Shown here: piece after piece, positions 17,813 through 27,240 of the stretch
Layout of the letters: the number at the start of each line of letters is the position of its first letter
How positions within the stretch are numbered: the first letter of the stretch is position 1
Origin: Clostridia bacterium
GTDB lineage: Bacteria > Bacillota > Clostridia > Christensenellales > UBA1242
Length of the DNA: 64,000 nt
Reading direction: 5' to 3'
Assembly (NCBI GenBank): GCA_017936585.1
Contig: JAGBFI010000016.1
Location: 31,577 to 95,576 of the forward strand
Notes under the pieces: generated by a model
Told to the model about the DNA's origin: nothing
Database searches by the model: none
What the model saw: the letters and a program-made list of their open reading frames with translations, nothing else
Program-made: the position numbers and the translations under genes

Positions 17813-20041
17813 ATGGCGATAACAGGAACAATTGAAGATATAGTTTACAGAAACGAAGAAAATGGCTACACAGTGGCAAGGCTGGAGAAAGACGACAGCG
17901 TTGTGACAGTGGTTGGCAAGTTTATTGATGTGCAGGTTGGCGCTGAGGTGACTTTGGACGGAAAATTTGAAAAAACCAAATATGGCGTGCAATATGCTTT
18001 TTCATCATACGAAATGTCCATGCCAAAAAGTTTGGCTGGGATTGAGAAATATTTGGGGAGTGGGCTAATTCGCGGAGTCGGGCCAATCACGGCAAAGAAG
18101 ATTGTTGAGCGTTTCGGCAAAGACACGCTGGATGTTTTGGAATACACTCCTCAGAAACTGGCTCAAATTTCTGGTATCAGCGAGAAAAAAGCCGTTGAAA
18201 TTGGGTTTTCTTTTAAGGAACATCGTGAAGTGCAAAACACCATCATGTATTTGCAAAATTTCAACATCAGCACAAACATGGCGTTGAAGATTTACAATAT
18301 ATATCACGAAAAGACCTCAGAAATTGTCAAAAACAATCCATACAAGTTGGTGGAGGACATCGATGGCATTGGATTTGTTACGGCCGATCGCATTGCTCAG
18401 AATGTTGGAATTCCAACTAATTCGGTTTTCAGAGTGCGTGCGGGATTGATTTATCTTTTGAAAACCTCTTGCGAAAAGAACGGCAACACCTATCTTCCAA
18501 AAATCATGCTGCTTGATGAAACATCAAAAGCACTGGAACTTCCCTTGGAAGAAAACGAGGATAAGTTTGCTGAGGCATTCGACAGCCTTTGTTTGGACAG
18601 AACGGCGGTGACTGCTTGGGTTGACGGCACAGAAATTGTAATGCTGTCGAGATATTATTATTATGAAAACATCATCGCGCAAAAACTTGTATGGTTGAAC
18701 AGTTGTCAAATGGACGAACAATTCGACATCGACGCCGACATTGCAAATTTTGAGCAAAGAAACCACATCACTTTCCATGAAGAGCAAAAGAAAGCGATTG
18801 TTGGGGCAATCAACAATGGTGTGTATGTTATCACTGGTGGCCCGGGTACTGGAAAAACAACAATCATCAAATGTATTTTGGAAATCTTGGAAGGGCAACA
18901 AAAAATTGTCAGCCTTGCGGCTCCAACGGGGCGTGCGGCAAAGAGAATGAGTGACAGCACAAACAGAGAAGCAAAGACGATTCACCGTCTATTGGAGGTG
19001 AACGCTGTTCAAAGCGACCAAAGTTTCTTTGTTCACAACGAAAGTAATCCGTTGAAGACAAATGTTGTGATTGTGGACGAGGTTTCCATGGTGGATGTTG
19101 CACTTATGAGTTCGCTTCTAAAGGCAATGCCACGCGATTGCAAGTTGATTTTGGTGGGGGATAAAGACCAGTTGCCAAGTGTTGGCGCAGGAAACGTGTT
19201 GGCGGACATTTTGGGAAGCGGGGTGATTGCTTTCTGCATGCTGTCAAAGATTTTTAGACAGGACGCGAAGAGTTTGATCATCACCAACGCGCATCTTATC
19301 AACGAAGGGAAAATGCCGCTGATTGACAACACAAGTTTGGATTTTTTCTTTGAAAGTAAAAGTGAGCCAGAATTTATTAAAAACACCATTTTGGAACTTG
19401 CCACAAGAAGACTGCCTAACTATCTAAAAATGGAGCCAAAACAAATTCAGGTGCTTGCACCACTCAAAGCAGGCGTGTGCGGGATTGAAAATTTAAACAA
19501 AGTTTTGCAAGAATCCATGAACCCGCCTGCCACAGGAAAAAGAGAACTTGAATTTGTCAGAACAATTTTCCGTGAGGGTGACAAGGTTATGCAAATGAGC
19601 AACAACTATGACCTTGAGTGGAAAAAACAAGGCAGATTTGCCCTCGAAACTGGAAAAGGCGTTTTTAATGGTGACATTGGATTCATCACGACAATCGACC
19701 CTCAAACGGGAGAGGTGATTGTTGAGTTTGAAGACGGCAGAGTGTGCAAATACACTCGTCTTGATTTGGCAGACTTGTCACTTTCATATGCAATCACAAT
19801 TCACAAAAGTCAGGGCTCGGAATTTGATGTCATCATCATTCCGGCAATTTCAGGGCCAAGCATCATTTTGACGAGAAACCTCATTTACACAGCAGTGACG
19901 CGTGCGAAGAAAATGGTTGTCATTGTGGGAGAGAAACAATATCTCAAACGGATGGTTTCAAACAAATACACTGCCACAAGATTTACAAATCTCAAAAGAC
20001 TTCTTGTTGCGGCAGATGAAAAAATCAAAAAAATGTTTTAA
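17813..20041 (+). CDS. recD2: ATP-dependent RecD-like DNA helicase (RecD2, SF1B)
   Basis: 742 aa. Walker A GGPGTGKTT, VIVDEVSMVD, LVGDKDQLPSVGAGNVL and a C-terminal YAITIHKSQGSEF. Confidence 0.9.
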   Translation: MAITGTIEDIVYRNEENGYTVARLEKDDSVVTVVGKFIDVQVGAEVTLDGKFEKTKYGVQYAFSSYEMSMPKSLAGIEKYLGSGLIRGVGPITAKKIVERFGKDTLDVLEYTPQKLAQISGISEKKAVEIGFSFKEHREVQNTIMYLQNFNISTNMALKIYNIYHEKTSEIVKNNPYKLVEDIDGIGFVTADRIAQNVGIPTNSVFRVRAGLIYLLKTSCEKNGNTYLPKIMLLDETSKALELPLEENEDKFAEAFDSLCLDRTAVTAWVDGTEIVMLSRYYYYENIIAQKLVWLNSCQMDEQFDIDADIANFEQRNHITFHEEQKKAIVGAINNGVYVITGGPGTGKTTIIKCILEILEGQQKIVSLAAPTGRAAKRMSDSTNREAKTIHRLLEVNAVQSDQSFFVHNESNPLKTNVVIVDEVSMVDVALMSSLLKAMPRDCKLILVGDKDQLPSVGAGNVLADILGSGVIAFCMLSKIFRQDAKSLIITNAHLINEGKMPLIDNTSLDFFFESKSEPEFIKNTILELATRRLPNYLKMEPKQIQVLAPLKAGVCGIENLNKVLQESMNPPATGKRELEFVRTIFREGDKVMQMSNNYDLEWKKQGRFALETGKGVFNGDIGFITTIDPQTGEVIVEFEDGRVCKYTRLDLADLSLSYAITIHKSQGSEFDVIIIPAISGPSIILTRNLIYTAVTRAKKMVVIVGEKQYLKRMVSNKYTATRFTNLKRLLVAADEKIKKMF

Positions 20042-20045
20042 ATTT

Positions 20046-20067
20046 GGAGGCGTTGCCTCCTTTTTTT
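20046..20067 (+). terminator. rho-independent terminator after recD2
   Basis: Stem GGAGGC / GCCTCC with loop GTT, followed by T7. Confidence 0.85.
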
Positions 20068-20118
20068 GTGAATTGATGTTGAAAATATCAAAAACATCAT
20101 ATTCCTCTTGTTTTTAAT

Positions 20119-20153
20119 AAAAAATCCACCCTTCTTTTGAGGTGGATTTTTCG
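20119..20153 (-). terminator. rho-independent terminator after the P-type ATPase
   Basis: Stem ATCCACC / GGTGGAT flanked by A/T runs, 45 nt downstream of the stop on the minus strand. Confidence 0.7.
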
Positions 20154-20198
20154 AATTTGTTTTGTTGTTTTGAAAGTTGATGTTTGACGAATGTCAAA

Positions 20199-22868
20199 TT
20201 ATGCTTTCTTTGCTTTTGTCTTTCTTGAAACTTTTTTCTCAACAGGTTTGTATGCACTTTCTGCTTCAATGGTTGCAGTTTTTGCAGGTTCCGCATTCAC
20301 GATGCTGTCGATTGTCATTTGTTCCATTTGTTGGGAAAGTTCGCTTTCTGGAGACAATTCGTTTGTGGCAGAAGTTTTGTCAGAGTTTTCAATTTTCACT
20401 TTATTTTTCTTTTTCCACATAAACTTGCCAGAGATTGCTTGCATGATTGTCTTCTGTTTTTCAATAGGGACGCCCTTTGCCGTTTGCCGTCTGGAGTACC
20501 ACTCTTTCAGATAATAAACCCCGACAACCACTATAATTGTGCAAAGCAGCAATGTGATGAGTGTTGTGATGACTGGGAAAGTGAAGTCTGTGATTGAGAA
20601 AAACCGCGACAATCCCGCCAAAGCTGCAACAATCAGCACTGCTGAAAGCGAGATGCAGCCAAGTCGCAACCAGTTGAGAGGCCAGCAAACCCAAACAAGG
20701 TTGATGTATCCAACAAAAGTCAAAAGCATCGTGCAAAGCGAAGTGAATTCGCCGGCTGTCAATGTGGCTGTTCTGTCATTGAGAATCAAAACAATCAACA
20801 CATTGAAATACATCAAAAGCGCGGACGGAATTGATTTTTTCAGAACCTGAGGAATGAAGTTTCCGCGGATTAGTTCGTTGTTTGGCTGGAACGTCAGGAT
20901 GAAAGATGGAAGTCCAATGACGAACATTTCAAGCAACAAGAGTTGTTTTGGAGTGAATGGATAAGAAATTCGAAGGATGAGCGTTGTTGCACACAACAGA
21001 ATTGTGAAAAGCGTTTTCATCAAATAGATTACAGATGAATTTTGCACATTGTTGACAATTTGTCTTCCTTCTTTCACCACGGATGGGAGAGCTGAGAAGT
21101 TTGACTCCATCAAGACGAGATGAGAGATGTTTCTGGCAACTTCGCTTCCGTCCGCCATGGCAATGGAGCAGTTTGCTTCTTTTAGAGCAAGGGTGTCGTT
21201 GACTCCGTCACCGGTCATTGCCACAACGTTACCTTGGGTTTTCAGAGTTTTGATGATTGTGTGTTTTTGCTCAGGCGTAACTCTGCCAAACACTGTGAAT
21301 TTTGTTGCAATCTGAGCCACTTCTTGAAGGCTCATGTTTTCAAGCGAGATGAATTTGTCGCTGTGTTCAACTCCAACACGCTTTGCAATCTTTGAAACCG
21401 TGATTGCGTCATCTCCGGAGATGATTTTTACTTCAACATTGTTCTGTTTAAACCATGCGATTGTTTCAACGGCATCCTTTCTGATGTGGTCTTCAAGTGC
21501 AAAAAGAGCCAAAAGTTTTCCGTTTTTGCCGGCTGTTTTTTCTGAATATGCTGTACTGTCTTCAACAAGGGCAATTACACGCAAGCCTTTTTCCATAAGT
21601 GCGGTCATTTCTTTCTTTTGAGCCGCAGTTGTCGCACACTTGATGAAACCAACAGCACCGAGATAATAAGTTTTTCCATTTTTGAAAGTTGTTGCAGAAA
21701 ATTTTCTCTGAGAAGAAAACTCAACTGTTTCCTTAACTGTTTCTGTGATGTCCTTTCCAAAGTGACCGGTCAAAGCCACACTTGTTGCGTTTGTTGTTTT
21801 TTGATTTGCCAAAATCACGCGCATAATTTTTTCAATCTTTTCGTTGTCAGTTCCGTTTTGAGGTGACACTTCAACAACATTCATTGTGCCATCGGTGATT
21901 GTTCCTGTTTTGTCAAGGCAAAGCACGTTTGCTCTTGCAAGCATTTCAATTGAATACAAATTTTTTACCAAGGTTTTCTTTCGACCCAACTTGATTACAC
22001 CCACGCTCAAGCCAACGGTGATGAGCAGATACATTCCGGCTGGAATCATTCCAGTGAGCGCGCCACTTGTGCTTGTGATGGAACTTTCAATTGTTGCGCC
22101 GGGCATGAAAATTTCTTTGCAATATGTCAACACGCCAATTGGAATCAAAATCAAGATGATGATTTTAATCAAACTGTTGAGGTCTTTAAACAAGTTTGAT
22201 GTTTGAGGTTTGAAGTCCTTTGTGCGTTCGGCAACTGTTTGAATGTAGTTGTCTTTGCCGACCCTTTCAACGCGCGCATAGCAAAGCCCAGAAACAAGGA
22301 AACTTCCCGCAAGGAGTGTGTCGCCAACCTGTTTTTTGATTGAATTACTTTCGCCGGTTAACAAACTTTCATTGGCTTCAACTGTTCCGTCAACGATGAT
22401 GCAGTCAGCAGGAATTTGGTTCCCGTTTTCCAAAACGATGATGTCATCAAGCAACAAGTCTTCACTTTTGATTTCAAGTTGAAGTCCAGAGCGGATAACT
22501 TTGATGCGAGGAGTCGTCACCATTGAAAGTTTTTCAACGGTTTTCTTTGCTTTGATTTCCTGAAAAATTGAAATTGCAGTGTTTGCACCAACAACAAACA
22601 GGAAAAGCAAATCTCCCCAAGCATTCACGCACATCAGAGCCACGGCAATCACAAACCAAATCAAATTGAAAATTGTGCATATGTTTTTGACGAAAATTGA
22701 AAAGTATGAATTTGACGTTTTGATTTTTGTATCGTTGACAAGCTTGTGCTCAATGCGCTCGCTGACTTGTTCCTCAGAAAGACCATGGTCTTTGTCAGTT
22801 TGATAACGGACGATTGGAAATTCTTGCAAATTTTGTTTTTTCTTTTTTGTTCTTAATTTTCTTCTCAT
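20199..22868 (-). CDS. cation-translocating P-type ATPase (P2-like) with ~99-aa C-terminal extension
   Basis: 889 aa. TGES actuator motif, phosphorylation site DKTGTIT, hinge MTGDGVNDTLALKEANCSIAM, about 10 TM. Confidence 0.9.
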   Translation of the reverse strand: MRRKLRTKKKKQNLQEFPIVRYQTDKDHGLSEEQVSERIEHKLVNDTKIKTSNSYFSIFVKNICTIFNLIWFVIAVALMCVNAWGDLLFLFVVGANTAISIFQEIKAKKTVEKLSMVTTPRIKVIRSGLQLEIKSEDLLLDDIIVLENGNQIPADCIIVDGTVEANESLLTGESNSIKKQVGDTLLAGSFLVSGLCYARVERVGKDNYIQTVAERTKDFKPQTSNLFKDLNSLIKIIILILIPIGVLTYCKEIFMPGATIESSITSTSGALTGMIPAGMYLLITVGLSVGVIKLGRKKTLVKNLYSIEMLARANVLCLDKTGTITDGTMNVVEVSPQNGTDNEKIEKIMRVILANQKTTNATSVALTGHFGKDITETVKETVEFSSQRKFSATTFKNGKTYYLGAVGFIKCATTAAQKKEMTALMEKGLRVIALVEDSTAYSEKTAGKNGKLLALFALEDHIRKDAVETIAWFKQNNVEVKIISGDDAITVSKIAKRVGVEHSDKFISLENMSLQEVAQIATKFTVFGRVTPEQKHTIIKTLKTQGNVVAMTGDGVNDTLALKEANCSIAMADGSEVARNISHLVLMESNFSALPSVVKEGRQIVNNVQNSSVIYLMKTLFTILLCATTLILRISYPFTPKQLLLLEMFVIGLPSFILTFQPNNELIRGNFIPQVLKKSIPSALLMYFNVLIVLILNDRTATLTAGEFTSLCTMLLTFVGYINLVWVCWPLNWLRLGCISLSAVLIVAALAGLSRFFSITDFTFPVITTLITLLLCTIIVVVGVYYLKEWYSRRQTAKGVPIEKQKTIMQAISGKFMWKKKNKVKIENSDKTSATNELSPESELSQQMEQMTIDSIVNAEPAKTATIEAESAYKPVEKKVSRKTKAKKA

Positions 22869-22939
22869 TTTCTTCTCTTTAATCTTAAAAATAGATTCGT
22901 CTAAATGATATTAAAAATTTATCAAAATGTCAAATATAA

Positions 22940-22968
22940 TTGACTTTTTTTCAAGATTATATTATATA
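22940..22968 (+). promoter_or_regulatory. candidate sigma-A promoter for the cca-family gene
   Basis: TTGACT (22940-22945), 17-nt spacer, TATATA (22963-22968). Confidence 0.4.
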
Positions 22969-22982
22969 TATTTTATACTTTT

Positions 22983-24239
22983 ATGTTTCTTTTTGTGGAG
23001 GGGAGTGTGTTTATTGAAATTTCCAGCAATTTGAAGAAATTGTCAAAATTTTTTCCTGAGAATTTATACATTGTGGGTGGCTATGTCAGAAACAAGCTGA
23101 TGGGACTTCAAAGCGGAGATGTCGATTTGGCAAGTAGTGTGGACGTTGAAGAGGTTTCAAAGCGTCTTGCTGGCACCGATTTTCAAGTAAAAATTAAGAA
23201 TTTGAAATTGGGCTCAATTCTCATCTCTTGCAAGGGTGAAAACTATGAATACACAGCCTTCAGAAAAGAAATTTATGCAAATGATGGCAGTCACTGTCCA
23301 ATTCGTGTGGAGCTGACCAACAAAATTGAAGAGGATGCTCCACGTCGAGATTTCACAATCAATTCAATTTATTACAACATCAACAAAGACGAGTGCGTGG
23401 ATTTATATCACGGGGTGATTGACCTTGCACAAAGAACGCTTCGTTGTACAGAAAATCCTGAAGAAATTTTGAAAAATGACGGTGAAAGAATTTTGCGTAT
23501 GGTGCGCATTGCAGGGGAACTTAACTTCAAAATTGAAAAGAAAACACGCGAGTGTGCAACAAAATATACAAGCAACTTGCAAGACATTCAAGGTGTCAGA
23601 AAATTTCTTGAAATTGAAAAGATTTTATATTGCGACAAGAGATATAATCTCAGCAAGGGCAGCTTGAAAAGAGCGCTTAAAATTTTGAACGAACTTGGCG
23701 CTTGGAAATATTTTGCTTTGAGTGTCAAACAAGTCAAATACAACATGGTTTTCAAAACAGAAGACAGGTTTTTGGGCCTTTTGATTGATATTGTTGACAG
23801 TCAAAAACCAGAATGTTTGCAGACATTTTTGGAAGGATTTTTGAGAGAGCAATTTGGTTTTAATGGTGCCATGGCAAAGAGAATTTTTATTTATCTGGCC
23901 GGCTATTATGACGCTCTTGATGGAATGAAAAACAAGGAATATTTCTTCAATTATTTTGAAAACTGGGCATACATTTATCCTTTGATTGGAAATAAGTCAA
24001 AACATATTCAAAACAAATACAACTTTTTCTATCGCTATATCATTGAATATGGATTGGCAATCAGACTTGCGGACTTGAAGCTTGACGAGGGTGATATTGC
24101 AAAAAAATTCCCTGCCATTGACCAACGAAATTATAACAGAATTTTGAACAACCTTCTCAGCAAAGTGTTTGACGGCAAAATTTCAAACGACAAAAAGAGT
24201 TTGTTGGAAGAGATTGAAAAGAATCTGATAAACTATTGA
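22983..24239 (+). CDS. cca: CCA-adding enzyme / poly(A) polymerase family tRNA nucleotidyltransferase
   Basis: Class II nucleotidyltransferase head LYIVGGYVRNKLMG..SGDVDLAS and RRDFTINSIYYN. The exact start is uncertain. Confidence 0.8.
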   Translation: MFLFVEGSVFIEISSNLKKLSKFFPENLYIVGGYVRNKLMGLQSGDVDLASSVDVEEVSKRLAGTDFQVKIKNLKLGSILISCKGENYEYTAFRKEIYANDGSHCPIRVELTNKIEEDAPRRDFTINSIYYNINKDECVDLYHGVIDLAQRTLRCTENPEEILKNDGERILRMVRIAGELNFKIEKKTRECATKYTSNLQDIQGVRKFLEIEKILYCDKRYNLSKGSLKRALKILNELGAWKYFALSVKQVKYNMVFKTEDRFLGLLIDIVDSQKPECLQTFLEGFLREQFGFNGAMAKRIFIYLAGYYDALDGMKNKEYFFNYFENWAYIYPLIGNKSKHIQNKYNFFYRYIIEYGLAIRLADLKLDEGDIAKKFPAIDQRNYNRILNNLLSKVFDGKISNDKKSLLEEIEKNLINY

Positions 24240-24276
24240 TTAAATATTTTTTTTCGATATTGAACATAATAGCAAT

Positions 24277-25857
24277 ATGGAAAAGAAAGATAAAAAGCAA
24301 ATAAAAAACAAAAAAAATGATAAAAAAACTGCAAAAAAACAGAAAAATACGCAAAAAAGAAGCGGTTTTTTGTGGTTTTTGGGAATTTCTGCAATGTCTG
24401 TGGCATTGCTTCTTTCTTGTCAATTTTTCTTTGAAAATGCAATAACCGGCAAGGAAAAGTTTTATGAAAACACCCACATCAATGGGATTGATGTCAGTGG
24501 AATGTCAATCGCGGAAGCGGAAAATGTTGTGCTGACGGATATGCTTGAAAGTCGCAATGAAATTGAAATTGAGCTTACAAGCAAGGGAAAAAGTTGGAAA
24601 CTTTCCGGTAATGATTTTGAGATTGTCAACAAAGTCCAGCCAGTGATTGCTCAAATTTCAAAATATGGTAAGGACGGAAATTTTTTCCAAAACAAAAAGG
24701 TGGAAAAAGAGATTAAAGACACAGGAAAAGATTTCACGGTGTCATACACAAGTGTTTTGGGAAGTTTGGAAGAGAAAATTGACGAGATTGTCGCTCAAGT
24801 GGAACAAGAAAGCGTGGCTGCCAGTTTGATTTTTCAGCCAAATGAAAAAGAGGTTTTTCGCGTTGACGAAGGACAGTCGACTGTGCTGGTAAATCGTGAC
24901 AAGCTATATCAAGATATTGACCTTGCGTTGAAAAATTCAAAAAAAGTGAGCATTGAAATTCCAATCATTGAAATTGAGCAAGAAATCGACCTTGAGAAAC
25001 TCAAAAACAGCGTGGTGAAGAGAAGTGAGTTTTCAACAAATTACGCGGCAAGCTCTGAAAGTCGAAAGAAAAACATAAAAAAGGCACTTGCGACTTTCAA
25101 TGGCATGATTGTGGAGCCGGGGCAAACGGTGTCTTTCAATGAGACAACTGGACCTCGCACTGAAAAAGAAGGTTACAGCAATGCGCACATCATTGTGGGC
25201 GGAGTTTATGTTGATGGAGTTGGCGGCGGAGTTTGTCAGGCCTCAACAACACTTTACAACGCTCTTCTTTTGGCTGATGTTGAGGTTTTGAGTGTCAATC
25301 ATCACTCTTTGCCGGCGTCATATGTCCCACTCTCATTTGACTCAATGGTGTCAAGCGGCTACAGCGACCTTGTGTTCAAAAACAATTTGGAAACTCCGAT
25401 CTACATCAAAACTTTCGCTGATGACGAAATTGTTAAAGTGGAAATCTATGGGCAAAAGTTTGACGAAGGCATGACGATAAAAAGACGTGCGGAACTTGTT
25501 AAGGTGCTTCCGCACAACGGAGATAAGGTCGTTTCGGACAGTAAAGGCGAATTTTCCAACAAAATACTTTACAAAGGCGAATATTTTCGTGTAAAATATC
25601 CTCGAGAGGGATACGAAAGCAAGGGCTATTTGCAATATTTCAAGGATGGGCAGCTTGTTGAAGAGAAAGAAATCAGACACGATTTTTATCAGCCTCAGGA
25701 CGGGGTTGTGATGGAAGGTGTGGAAAACCCTGTTGAGGGGATGACGATTCCTGCCAGCGAGGTAAAAATCATAAAACCTCAAAAAGTGACAAAAGCCACA
25801 GAGGAAAATGTCAGAAATAAACTGCAAAAAACAAATCCAAGCGAATTTTGTCCATAA
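24277..25857 (+). CDS. VanW family protein
   Basis: Lys-rich N-terminus plus a TM anchor. VanW core VEPGQTVSFNETTGPRT...GYSNAHII..GGGVCQASTTLYNALLLADVEV..NHHSLP. Confidence 0.8.
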   Translation: MEKKDKKQIKNKKNDKKTAKKQKNTQKRSGFLWFLGISAMSVALLLSCQFFFENAITGKEKFYENTHINGIDVSGMSIAEAENVVLTDMLESRNEIEIELTSKGKSWKLSGNDFEIVNKVQPVIAQISKYGKDGNFFQNKKVEKEIKDTGKDFTVSYTSVLGSLEEKIDEIVAQVEQESVAASLIFQPNEKEVFRVDEGQSTVLVNRDKLYQDIDLALKNSKKVSIEIPIIEIEQEIDLEKLKNSVVKRSEFSTNYAASSESRKKNIKKALATFNGMIVEPGQTVSFNETTGPRTEKEGYSNAHIIVGGVYVDGVGGGVCQASTTLYNALLLADVEVLSVNHHSLPASYVPLSFDSMVSSGYSDLVFKNNLETPIYIKTFADDEIVKVEIYGQKFDEGMTIKRRAELVKVLPHNGDKVVSDSKGEFSNKILYKGEYFRVKYPREGYESKGYLQYFKDGQLVEEKEIRHDFYQPQDGVVMEGVENPVEGMTIPASEVKIIKPQKVTKATEENVRNKLQKTNPSEFCP

Positions 25858-25907
25858 AATGTGGATTTTTCAATAAAAGTCTTTGCCGAGGAATATATTA
25901 GTTTAAA

Positions 25908-27008
25908 ATGGAAGAAAAAAAACTTACACTCAAAAAGAAAATAATCAGAACGACAATTGTTGTGGCAATCATTGCGGCAGTTGTTATTTTGGCTTATTTT
26001 GTCCTCAAATGGACTGGAGCGTGGGAATATATCAACTCAATCGACAAAATCAGAGAACTTATTTTGTCGTTGGGCTTTTGGGGAAGATTTGTATTTGTCT
26101 TTTTGCAATTTTTGCAAGTGACATTCTTGCCAATTCCATCCACAGTTTCAACGCTTGCTGGGGTTTTGATTTATGGACCGCTGGAGACTGCACTGCTCAG
26201 CATGGCTGGAGTTATGCTCGGCAGCGTTTTGGCCTTTTGGCTTGGCAGAACCTTTGGAAAAAAACTTGTTGTGTTTATGGTTGGTGAAGAAACTTGCGAA
26301 AAGTGGAGAATGTTTTTGACAAACGCAAAATATTCATTTGCAATCATGATGCTTTTGCCGGTTTTCCCAGATGATGTACTTTGTCTGGTGGCTGGGCTGA
26401 CGAATATGTCGTGGACATTCTTTGTGGTGACAAACCTCATCGCAAGACCAATCGGAATTTTCACGACTTGTTACATCGGAAGCGGTCATGTCATTCCATA
26501 TCACGGTTGGGGGCTTGCTGTGTGGGCGGTCATCATTGTGGTGGTGGCGGTGCTGCTTTGGCTGTCGTTTAAATATAGAGACAAAATTGAAAATTTTTTG
26601 CAAACAAAATTTCGTTCTGTGAAAAGCTCGGATGTGGACGAAGAAAATAATGTGAAAAAATCAACTTGCAATGTTGAGGTGGCAGAAGAGAAATCTGAAA
26701 AGGTGGCGGAAGAAAATCAAAGCGTAACACCGGAGGAAAATTCCGGACAAAAAGAAAAGAAGAAGCCGAAAGTGAAGAAAAGATCCTCTGAAGGGACGGA
26801 AGAGTATTTGGAAGAAAAACCTGTACCGAAAGCTGTAAAAGCTGCAGACGGTGGCAACGAAAAATCCGCGGAGAAATCTAAAAAGAGCACTGTCAAAAAA
26901 TCAAAGACTGATACTTTGGAAACGGAACCTTTGGAAAACGCTGAAAAAGTTTCGTTAGGGAAGAGAAAAAGCACAAAAACAACAAAAAGCGAAGGGGAAA
27001 AAGAGTGA
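25908..27008 (+). CDS. TVP38/TMEM64 (DedA/SNARE-associated) family membrane protein with ~145-aa Lys/Glu-rich tail
   Basis: LQFLQVTFLPIPSTVSTLAGVLIYGP...GSVLAFWLGRTFGKKLV matches the SNARE_assoc-type core. The tail runs 26571-27005. Confidence 0.8.
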   Translation: MEEKKLTLKKKIIRTTIVVAIIAAVVILAYFVLKWTGAWEYINSIDKIRELILSLGFWGRFVFVFLQFLQVTFLPIPSTVSTLAGVLIYGPLETALLSMAGVMLGSVLAFWLGRTFGKKLVVFMVGEETCEKWRMFLTNAKYSFAIMMLLPVFPDDVLCLVAGLTNMSWTFFVVTNLIARPIGIFTTCYIGSGHVIPYHGWGLAVWAVIIVVVAVLLWLSFKYRDKIENFLQTKFRSVKSSDVDEENNVKKSTCNVEVAEEKSEKVAEENQSVTPEENSGQKEKKKPKVKKRSSEGTEEYLEEKPVPKAVKAADGGNEKSAEKSKKSTVKKSKTDTLETEPLENAEKVSLGKRKSTKTTKSEGEKE

Positions 27009-27011
27009 AAA

Positions 27012-27176
27012 TCACTTTTTCAAAACAATAAAAGCCCCCTCTTTGATTTGTTTTGGGGACATTTTGTTGTCCAGCAAAATTTTGGTGCTGTCGATATTAA
27101 ATTTTTGGGAGATGGTTTTGAGATTTTCTCCCTTTTTTATTTGATAATATGGAAACAAAATTTCTTTAACACTCAT
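27012..27176 (-). CDS. small LysM domain protein (54 aa)
   Basis: ATG 27176 after an AGAGG RBS. YQIKKGENLKTISQKFNIDSTKILLDNKMSPKQIKEGAFIVL fits the LysM pattern. Confidence 0.5.
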   Translation of the reverse strand: MSVKEILFPYYQIKKGENLKTISQKFNIDSTKILLDNKMSPKQIKEGAFIVLKK

Positions 27177-27240
27177 AAAAACACCTCTTTGGAATATTTT
27201 ATTGGAATAATCCGGCAAAAATTCTTATAAATTACAATGT

